A stretch of 64,000 nucleotides of DNA, taken from contig JAHJSM010000001.1 in the NCBI GenBank assembly GCA_018830295.1, positions 257,980 to 321,979 on the forward strand, read 5' to 3'. A program made the translations under genes and the position numbers. The notes under the pieces are model-generated. The model was not told the origin of the DNA and made no database searches. It saw only the letters and a list, made by a program, of their open reading frames with translations. Shown here one piece after another: positions 27,759 to 34,922 of this stretch; position 1 is the stretch's first letter; the number at the start of each line of letters is the position of its first letter. Origin of the DNA: Patescibacteria group bacterium. Its GTDB lineage: Bacteria > Patescibacteriota > Minisyncoccia > Portnoybacterales > UBA2143.

Positions 27759-29297
27759 TTACATTTTCTCTGGCGCTTTGATGCCCATTAAGTCCAATGT
27801 GTTTTTTAAAACAATCTTCGTCGCTTTAACTAAACAAATTCTTGCTTGGCTCAACTCCTTATTTTCATCATCCAAAACGCGGCATTTTTCATAAAATCTA
27901 TGAAAGGCGTTCGCCAATTCCATAGAATATTGAGGCAACCGCTGAACCTGATAATCCTTCGCTATATCCTCAACAATTTCAGGAAATTTAATTAAATGGC
28001 GAATAAGATTTAACTCTTCCAGATGAGTTAACTTCATCAGGGACAGTCCCCGAAAATCAGGGACAGTCCCCGATTTCGCTAAAATTCCGCAGATTCTCGC
28101 GTGGGCATATTGGACATAAAAGACGGGGTTTTTGTTTGATTGTTCCCGCGCCAAATCCATATCAAAATTCAAATGGGTATCGGGAGATTTTTGCAAAAAG
28201 AAAAATCGCGTCGCATCCGCGCCAACCTTTTCAATCAACTCGTCCATTTCCACATAGACCCCCGCCCGTTTTGACATTCTCTTTTTCTCGCCTTTTTCTA
28301 AAATTGTAACGAACTGCAAAAGAACCGTTTCCAATTTTCCTTTATGTCCGATCGCTTCCACCCCCGCCGCTAATCCCGCAACATCACCATGGTGGTCGGC
28401 TCCCCAAACATTAATTACCCGAGTAAATTTCTTCTCGTTGAATTTGCGCCAATGAAAAGCGATATCGCCCGCCAAGTATGTTTTGTTTCCGTCTTTCTTG
28501 ACCAAAACCCTATCTCTTGTGTCGCCGAGTTCAGACGACTTGAACCATCGCGCGCCGTCCTTTTCGTAAAAAAATCCTTTCTTTTCCAAAAAATCCAAAA
28601 CCTCATCCACCAAACCAGATTGATAAATCTCTGACTCCAAAGCCCATTCGTCATATTTAATCCCCAATTTATCTGTCGTCTTGCGGATTAAATTTTCAAT
28701 AATATATTTCGCCGCCGCTTTCCCTGCCTCACGCGCGTCTTTTCCTTTATTTTTTTTATTTAGTTCGTCAATATATCCCCCCTTATAAACCGCTTCGCTA
28801 TCTTTCAAAACAGAATGTCCCAAGGCCTCAATCTGCATTCCATGGTCATTGACATAATACGCCCTTTCAACATTAAATCCGGACTTGCTCAAAACGCCCG
28901 CCAAAACATCCCCAAAGGGCCCGCCCCTTCCGTTCGCCACTGTCAAAGGTCCTGTCGGATTGGCGGAAACAAACTCAACCTGAACTTTTTCGCCCTTACC
29001 AACGCCGATTTCTCCGTAACGAGCGCCTTTTTTAATAATCTCCGCCAGTTCATCTAATAATATTTTTTTTGACAAAGTAAAATTAATAAAACCAGGACCC
29101 GCTACCTCCACTTTTTCAAAAGCGGGATGAACTTCCAATTTCGCGACAATTTTTCGCGCGTCAACCTTCATCCGCAAAGCGACATTTGTGGAATAGTCCC
29201 CAAAATCAGAATTACCCGGCCGCTCCAAAAACGCCTCACCCCCAACAACCCCCTCAATAATTTTCTTAACTTCATCTCTGATCATATCTTCTATCAT
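27759..29297 (-). CDS. argS: arginine--tRNA ligase
   Basis: GDYSTN, GPGFINF, EFVSANPTGPL, GADH, MSKRAG, YVQYAHAR, APEKM. Confidence 0.96.
   Translation of the reverse strand: MIEDMIRDEVKKIIEGVVGGEAFLERPGNSDFGDYSTNVALRMKVDARKIVAKLEVHPAFEKVEVAGPGFINFTLSKKILLDELAEIIKKGARYGEIGVGKGEKVQVEFVSANPTGPLTVANGRGGPFGDVLAGVLSKSGFNVERAYYVNDHGMQIEALGHSVLKDSEAVYKGGYIDELNKKNKGKDAREAGKAAAKYIIENLIRKTTDKLGIKYDEWALESEIYQSGLVDEVLDFLEKKGFFYEKDGARWFKSSELGDTRDRVLVKKDGNKTYLAGDIAFHWRKFNEKKFTRVINVWGADHHGDVAGLAAGVEAIGHKGKLETVLLQFVTILEKGEKKRMSKRAGVYVEMDELIEKVGADATRFFFLQKSPDTHLNFDMDLAREQSNKNPVFYVQYAHARICGILAKSGTVPDFRGLSLMKLTHLEELNLIRHLIKFPEIVEDIAKDYQVQRLPQYSMELANAFHRFYEKCRVLDDENKELSQARICLVKATKIVLKNTLDLMGIKAPEKM
28036..28073. 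repeat. GGGACAGTCCC doublet in-frame within argS
   Basis: atcagggacagtccccga twice, read as SGTVPDFRGLSLM. Confidence 0.8.
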
Positions 29298-29348
29298 ATC
29301 CCATTATTAAGATTTGTTCAATAAACCAAAAAGATATACAATTAAAAC

Positions 29349-29798
29349 ATGCCGACTCTCGCTATTAACCCACGAGCCAGATATGATTATGAAATTTTAG
29401 ACACCTACGAGGCTGGAGTGGTTTTAATTGGACAAGAAGTTAAAGCGATTAAAAGAGGAAGCATCAGTTTAAAAGGCGCTTATGTCGCCATTAGAAATAA
29501 CGAGGCGTGGCTCATCAACGCGCAGGTCTCTCCCTACCAGCCCAAAAATACACCCGCCGATTATGACTCAACCCGTTCTCGAAAATTGCTTCTTCATAAA
29601 AGCGAAATTAAAGAGTTAATCGGCAAGACAAAACAAAAGGGCTTGACTTTAACGCCCATCCGCGTTTATACTAAACAAAATCAGATTAAACTGGAATTCG
29701 GCTTGGGTCGCGGGAAAAGAAAATCCGACAAGCGGGAAAAAATTAAAAAGAGAGAAACACAAAGAAAAATCAACCGCGCGCTGAAGGAATGGTTTTAA
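29349..29798 (+). CDS. smpB: SsrA-binding protein
   Basis: N..ARYDY, EAGVVL.G.EVK, RKLLLHK.EI, DKREKIK. Confidence 0.97.
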   Translation: MPTLAINPRARYDYEILDTYEAGVVLIGQEVKAIKRGSISLKGAYVAIRNNEAWLINAQVSPYQPKNTPADYDSTRSRKLLLHKSEIKELIGKTKQKGLTLTPIRVYTKQNQIKLEFGLGRGKRKSDKREKIKKRETQRKINRALKEWF

Positions 29799-29802
29799 AA
29801 AA

Positions 29803-30220
29803 GGGGATGATTGGCTTCGATGAAAGTCAATTTCTTAATAAGCAAGACGAGTTTAATCGAACACTCGTTAAAGATCGATTAAGATAATAAATGTCAATTT
29901 ATTTTCAAAGGCAAGGAACGCGGTAGCTTCGCTATTTAGCGCTCCGAACCTGGCTTTAGCTGTCGCCTAAATAATTAGTCAACAGCCGTTCAAACCTTTG
30001 ATTCCTGATAGAGGGATTTGAATGTCATTTTTCAGGATAAGCGGACAAAATTATCTCGCTTTGACCGCCGACAACTTAGGGGTAAGAATTAGAAATTTTT
30101 TGTTTAGTTTTAAGTTTTTAATTCTTTAGTTCGCTTTTGGCGAACAAATTAAACTAATCTAATCTTGTAGAATTATTAAGAATCAACTTTTAGACGCGGG
30201 TTCAATTCCCGCCATCTCCA
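29803..30220 (+). ncRNA. ssrA: tmRNA
   Basis: GGGGATG/CATCTCC-A acceptor with G3:U, GCGGGTTCAATTCCCGC T-arm, tag ORF 29893-29970 ending LALAVA*, adjacent to smpB. Confidence 0.95.
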
Positions 30221-30245
30221 CTCGGTAAAAAGCAAAATAAAAACT

Positions 30246-30779
30246 ATTTACTACAAAAAAACTTACAAACCATTTGTCAGAAGGCCTCGCCTTAATCATC
30301 AGATAAGGGTAAGTCCTATCCGATTAATTGACGAGAAAGGGAATAATCTTGACATCGTCAAAACGGGGGAGGCGTTAAAAATGGCCCTTGAAAAAGGGCT
30401 TGATTTAATTGAAATCGCGCCCAGCGCGCAGCCGCCCGTTTGCCGCATTATGGATTTTGGCAAATACCAATACCAAAAAACGCAAGTAGAAAAGAAACAA
30501 AAAACAAAGCAGGTAAAAACAGACATCAAGGGAGTTAGAATTAGTTTGGGCATTAGCAAGCATGACGCGGAATTCAAAGCCAAGCAGGCGGAAAAATTTC
30601 TCTCGCGAGGACATAAGGTTAGAATAGAAATGATCTTGCGCGGCAGAGAAAAGGGAATGTTTGAAATAGCCCAAAGCAAAATGAAAGAATTTATTGAAAC
30701 AATCCCGATAGAAATTAAAATTGAGCAAGGAGCAAGAAGACAACAAAGGGGTTTGGGGATGGTAATTACTAAGGAATAA
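30246..30779 (+). CDS. infC: translation initiation factor IF-3 (ATT start)
   Basis: frame open upstream of the listed ORF (LNHQIR..PIRLIDEKG) back to ATT at 30246; PPVCRIMDFGKY. Confidence 0.92.
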   Translation: MYYKKTYKPFVRRPRLNHQIRVSPIRLIDEKGNNLDIVKTGEALKMALEKGLDLIEIAPSAQPPVCRIMDFGKYQYQKTQVEKKQKTKQVKTDIKGVRISLGISKHDAEFKAKQAEKFLSRGHKVRIEMILRGREKGMFEIAQSKMKEFIETIPIEIKIEQGARRQQRGLGMVITKE

Positions 30780-30790
30780 GTCTAACAATT

Positions 30791-30988
30791 ATGACTAAAT
30801 TTAAAACAAGAAAAGCGTTATTAAAAAGAATAAAAATTACCGGTAGCGGAAAGTTTATGAAAAGACCGACTCACCAGGACCATCTGAACTCAAAAGAATC
30901 CGGCAATAAAACCCGAAGCAAAAGAAAAGCGACCGGGGTCTCTTCTGATAATAGGAAAGTTATAAAAGAAATATTCTCAAATATTTAA
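30791..30988 (+). CDS. rpmI: 50S ribosomal protein L35
   Basis: K.KTRK...KRIKITGSGK, operon position. Confidence 0.95.
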   Translation: MTKFKTRKALLKRIKITGSGKFMKRPTHQDHLNSKESGNKTRSKRKATGVSSDNRKVIKEIFSNI

Positions 30989-31003
30989 TTAGCATATAAA
31001 ACT

Positions 31004-31351
31004 ATGACACGAGTAAAAAGAGGAATAATGGCCAACAAGCGCCGCAAAAATATCCTTAAATTGGCGAAAGGGTTTAAGTGGGGCAGAAATGTAAAATATA
31101 AATTAGCCAAAGACGCGCTTAAACACGCGTGGACTTACGCTTATCGCGACCGTAAAGTGAGAAAGCGGGATTTTCGCCGCCTCTGGCAAATAAAAATCAA
31201 CGCCGCCGTCCGCCAGCAAGGCGTCACATACAGCCGTTTTATTGAGATATTAAAAAAGGCCAAGATTGAATTAGACAGAAAAATCTTGGCAAACTTAGCC
31301 GAAAAAAAACCAACAATCTTCGCGAAGATTGTTGAGAAGATAAAGGGATAA
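31004..31351 (+). CDS. rplT: 50S ribosomal protein L20
   Basis: MTRVKRG, AYRDRK.RKRDFRRLW..INAA. Confidence 0.98.
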   Translation: MTRVKRGIMANKRRKNILKLAKGFKWGRNVKYKLAKDALKHAWTYAYRDRKVRKRDFRRLWQIKINAAVRQQGVTYSRFIEILKKAKIELDRKILANLAEKKPTIFAKIVEKIKG

Positions 31352-31353
31352 AA

Positions 31354-32286
31354 TTATATCTCCACGACAAACAGGTCTAAAGCGGTGAGGATGCCTGCGC
31401 GGCCTGTTTTTGTTTTTGTTTCAATTTCCAAGAGGCGGCGGTAGATTGTTCGCAAATGATCTAAACTAAAATTCGCCGCTTGTTGGGCCGTCTTTCTGGC
31501 GACAAAAGGATGCAACCCGCTCTTTGCCGCCAACGATGGAAAAGGAATTCCCTTTTCCATTAAGTCCTTGATTTTAAGCAAATTCCTGATCTGGTAAACA
31601 AACATGGAAAATAAATAATTTTCGTTGACCCCCTGATTAAGATGCTGGTGTAAAAGACGCAAGGCGTCTTTTTTGTTTCTCGCCGCCAAGGCGTCAATCG
31701 CCGCAAAAATATTAAGGTCTGCCTCCGACTTGACCATCAAGACCACGTCTTCTTTAGTAATAGAGTCGTTTTTTTTGTATCCGACCAGCTTACCGATTTC
31801 GTTGCTCATCTGCCAAAGGTCGCCCCCAACACGAAAAGAAAGCTCGCTCACTGCCCCGCTATCAACAACGCCTCCGTTTTTGGAAACTTCTTTTTTTATC
31901 CAATTCGTCAGCCCAGCCCCCTTGAGCGGAAGAAACTCTTCAAACATATTAACTTTTTTCTTCAAAACAGACGCCGCCAATTTCCCTTCTTGAAACAAAA
32001 CCGCGATTATGTCTTGGTTATTCTTAATCTTGTTTTTCTTGGCGTACTCAAAAAAATCTTTTTGAAAATCTTTCTCTTTAATAACATTTTCCAAAATAAT
32101 CAGTTTTTTTTCACTAAACATTGAAACCGCCTCAATTATATTTTTAACTTCGCCAAAGTCAAAATTCTTCTCGTCAAAACGCGCGAAACTCAACCCGCTC
32201 TGATGCTTGTTTTTGTATCCCGAAACAATCTCTTTTAATTTTTGTCTAAGGCGATATGTATCCTCGCCATAAAGTAAAATAATCAT
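31354..32286 (-). CDS. holA: DNA polymerase III delta subunit
   Basis: LLYGED, SMFSEKK, EIGKL, LHPFV..K, KTG. Confidence 0.92.
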   Translation of the reverse strand: MIILLYGEDTYRLRQKLKEIVSGYKNKHQSGLSFARFDEKNFDFGEVKNIIEAVSMFSEKKLIILENVIKEKDFQKDFFEYAKKNKIKNNQDIIAVLFQEGKLAASVLKKKVNMFEEFLPLKGAGLTNWIKKEVSKNGGVVDSGAVSELSFRVGGDLWQMSNEIGKLVGYKKNDSITKEDVVLMVKSEADLNIFAAIDALAARNKKDALRLLHQHLNQGVNENYLFSMFVYQIRNLLKIKDLMEKGIPFPSLAAKSGLHPFVARKTAQQAANFSLDHLRTIYRRLLEIETKTKTGRAGILTALDLFVVEI

Positions 32287-32393
32287 AGATATAGATTATA
32301 AATTAAAACGCCAACACAATCAATCTATTGTACCCATCAGGCGCATACAAAATATTGATTTATTTTATATTTCTGTGTAATAGGTGCGCATTT

Positions 32394-32445
32394 TCCCGAC
32401 CACTTTTTACTTGGCGATTTTTCAATTTGATAAAAAAGGTCTGAC
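32394..32445 (+). repeat. left copy of a 52-bp imperfect direct repeat (right copy 34139-34190)
   Basis: 47/52 identical by manual alignment. Confidence 0.85.
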
Positions 32446-32499
32446 ATTGCAAGTAGAGACATTTCCGAAGGTCTCGCTTGAAAGGTCGGACCTTTTTTA
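32431..32499. repeat. AGGTC-N-GACCT REP-like long hairpin
   Basis: aaaaaaggtctgac...ggtcggaccttttt; related elements at 34178, 37655 and 56140-56230. Confidence 0.7.
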
Positions 32500-32524
32500 A
32501 AATAACAATTTTTTAATCACCTAA

Positions 32525-32881
32525 CTAAATATCAAAATGTTTTTTCAAATAATCTTTTATCTGTTTAATAATTTTTACATCCGCTATGCCAATTTTATTA
32601 ATAAATCTTAAATAATCAAAAGAGCAAACATTGTAAACCTTAATAATTGAATCGCTAATTAATTTATTATCATTGTTTTTGGTAATTAAAATATCATCCG
32701 CCATCTTGTTCTTTAAATTTGAAGTCAACGGAACAACCGTAATTAAGTTCGTTTTTCTAATTTGTTTTTCGCTTTCAATAATAACAGCAGGGCGTTTGCC
32801 TTGATATTCGTATCCAAAACTTGGATCAAAATTAACTAAAAATATCTCTCCTTGTTTAAGTAGTTTTTTGTCTATGCTCAT
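32525..32881 (-). CDS. MazF/PemK family endoribonuclease toxin
   Basis: QGEIFLVNFDPSFGYE..GKRPAVII, VVPLTS. Confidence 0.93.
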   Translation of the reverse strand: MSIDKKLLKQGEIFLVNFDPSFGYEYQGKRPAVIIESEKQIRKTNLITVVPLTSNLKNKMADDILITKNNDNKLISDSIIKVYNVCSFDYLRFINKIGIADVKIIKQIKDYLKKHFDI

Positions 32882-33633
32882 AAATTTTCGTAATATTCAA
32901 CCTCTTTCTTTGAGATTAGACCCAAATCTTTCAAAACATCATTCGCCCCAGTTTGAATAAAGTCAGACAATTCGTCTGGCTTTTTTAGGACATCCACCAC
33001 CAAACCATTAATAAGATGCTCCGTATAATCGTTTTCGTGAATATAAATCGGAGGATAGTCGCGGCTTGATTCTGATAATAAGACGACCTGTTTGTTTTGT
33101 TTATCAAAAAACAATTTTTTAATATTGGCGCAACCATCAATAATTGAAACTACGTAATCACCGCTTTTCGCTCTTTCTCTTTTTTTATCCACCAAAACCA
33201 AGTCGCCCTCTTCTATGCTTTTTCCCTCCTCGGATACTTTAGCCCGATTCATAGAATCTCCCACCGCCCGCAGAACAAAAATATCTTTGACCCTTTTCGC
33301 GAGAGAACGACCAATAATGCCGATTGAAACTTTAACAAACTCGCTCGCTGGAATATCATCGGCGAAAGAAAGCGCCTGCCCGCAATTAGCGTCGCCTAAA
33401 ATAGGAAGCGAAATCAATCCGTCTTTTTGATTAACTCCGGATTTGGTCTTTACTATTTTATCTCCCTCCGCGTTCACCAAAAGCAAGCCCGCCTCAATCA
33501 ATTTGCCGAGATGATGTTTAATCTTTTGAGGGCTGCCCTTCTCTCCAATTAATTCGCCAATCCGACGCAAAGTCAAATCAGCCAAATTATTATCTTCCGC
33601 CAAACCTAAAATTTTTTGTTGAATTTTGTGCAT
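32878..33633 (-). CDS. LexA/CI-like S24 peptidase protein with C-terminal extension
   Basis: wHTH-like N-terminus, LPILG.ANCG cleavage loop, VGDSM Ser, NIKK Lys, ~30-aa acidic tail; ATGA/TAA-type overlap with the mazF-like gene. Confidence 0.88.
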   Translation of the reverse strand: MHKIQQKILGLAEDNNLADLTLRRIGELIGEKGSPQKIKHHLGKLIEAGLLLVNAEGDKIVKTKSGVNQKDGLISLPILGDANCGQALSFADDIPASEFVKVSIGIIGRSLAKRVKDIFVLRAVGDSMNRAKVSEEGKSIEEGDLVLVDKKRERAKSGDYVVSIIDGCANIKKLFFDKQNKQVVLLSESSRDYPPIYIHENDYTEHLINGLVVDVLKKPDELSDFIQTGANDVLKDLGLISKKEVEYYENL

Positions 33634-33639
33634 AATTAA

Positions 33640-33721
33640 ATTCTACACCCATTCTTATCCCCAGTCAAGTAAATCTTGACACAAGGTAAGCGTTGACAAA
33701 GAAATTAATTTGGAGTAAACT
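33640..33721. promoter_or_regulatory. divergent promoters with GTCAAG-N5-CTTGAC palindrome
   Basis: minus TTGACT-17-TAGAAT, 6 nt before the S24 ATG; plus TTGACA-17-TAAACT; palindrome at 33664-33680. Confidence 0.6.
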
Positions 33722-33870
33722 AAAATATAAGCCTAAAAATAAAACAGGGTCAACGCTAAATGGTCGAACCCTGTTTGAGAATATGTTAGGTCGATTCCTA
33801 GACATATTAACCTTAATTAACAGGATAACACATTTTCAATTTTTGGGAAAATAATATTGAGATTACTAAT

Positions 33871-34077
33871 ATGAATAAATATTATGTTAATAGAAACGCG
33901 CAAGCGAACGGAGATCACGAAGTACATAAATTTGGTTGCCGATTTATGCCTAATCCAGAAAACAGACAGTATCTTGGTGAATTCGCAACATGTCGCAGCG
34001 CAGTTGCAGAAGCAAAAAAACATTATCGACAATCAAATGGATGTTATTATTGCTCTAACGCATGCCATACACAATAG
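33871..34077 (+). CDS. small Cys/His-rich hypothetical protein
   Basis: HEVH..GC, C..C...CH pattern; terminator follows. Confidence 0.8.
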   Translation: MNKYYVNRNAQANGDHEVHKFGCRFMPNPENRQYLGEFATCRSAVAEAKKHYRQSNGCYYCSNACHTQ

Positions 34078-34090
34078 TTAAAGGTGTGTC

Positions 34091-34127
34091 ACCCCTGTCG
34101 CGCTTTGTGTGACGGGGGTATTTTTTT
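34091..34127 (+). terminator. intrinsic terminator
   Basis: acccctgtcgcgc-ttt-gtgtgacgggggt followed by a T-run. Confidence 0.7.
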
Positions 34128-34138
34128 GGCAAAAAGGC

Positions 34139-34190
34139 TCCCGACCACTTTTCTCTTTGCAATTTTTTAATTTGATAAAAAAGGTCTGAC
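34139..34190 (+). repeat. right copy of the 52-bp imperfect direct repeat
   Basis: matches 32394-32445. Confidence 0.85.
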
Positions 34191-34227
34191 CTTTTTAAAT
34201 TGGCGGCTTTTTAATCACTTTCTGTTC

Positions 34228-34264
34228 ATGGGGACAGTCCCCCGTCTGCGGGGGCTGCCCCCAT
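34228..34264. repeat. GGGACAGTCCC doublet (degenerate)
   Basis: atggggacagtcccccg-tctg-cgggggctgcccccat. Confidence 0.75.
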
Positions 34265-34310
34265 CATCTGCTTTTCTAAAAAGTTCCTGACACCTTTTTA
34301 CTTTATAATA

Positions 34311-34919
34311 TTATATACTTTTTAATACTTTAACTTTTTCTTTATTTATAAAAACAGCATAACCTTTCAATTGCTTCGCTAATTCTTCCTTTGTCTGATG
34401 AATGGGGATGCGTTGCATCTCAAACTTTATCTGACATAAAAAAAATAATAAAAATTGTTTTAACCGACTTTCGCTACCTTTAATATTTTTGAATTTTTCT
34501 TCAAATTCTTCAGGACTAAAATATCCTATTTCAGATCTATGTCCTACAAAATTATGCCTCCATGCAGAAATATAATCTATGTCTTCTTGAATTTTTTTTA
34601 TCTCAACATTAAACCAACTTTTTAAATCTTTATTTGGTATATTTTTAACAATATACCACACATTAAAAACACTATTATTTTTATCAAACAATTTCCAAAG
34701 TTGAAGAATAGCATAATTCTCTAATGCAACATGCGAAAATGAAGTAATTGCATTATATTCTTTTCTCTTAGATGCGCGCTTATAGCGATAATCTCTCATT
34801 TTATCTCGAATCATACTCGAATGAAAAGCCTGCATAATAAGTTCATGCGCTTCTTTGTATATTCTAACTGGGTTATTTGTAATTAAATCGATCTTATTCT
34901 TTAGATTTTTGTTTTGCAT
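34311..34919 (-). CDS. putative HEPN (AbiU2-like) domain protein
   Basis: helical character, L.KLFD segment, RHNFVGH (Rx5H) motif. Confidence 0.65.
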   Translation of the reverse strand: MQNKNLKNKIDLITNNPVRIYKEAHELIMQAFHSSMIRDKMRDYRYKRASKRKEYNAITSFSHVALENYAILQLWKLFDKNNSVFNVWYIVKNIPNKDLKSWFNVEIKKIQEDIDYISAWRHNFVGHRSEIGYFSPEEFEEKFKNIKGSESRLKQFLLFFLCQIKFEMQRIPIHQTKEELAKQLKGYAVFINKEKVKVLKSI

Positions 34920-34922
34920 AGT

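Noticed and set aside
30246-30248. ATT start codon of infC as a novelty
   Set aside because: This is the well-known autoregulatory feature of infC.
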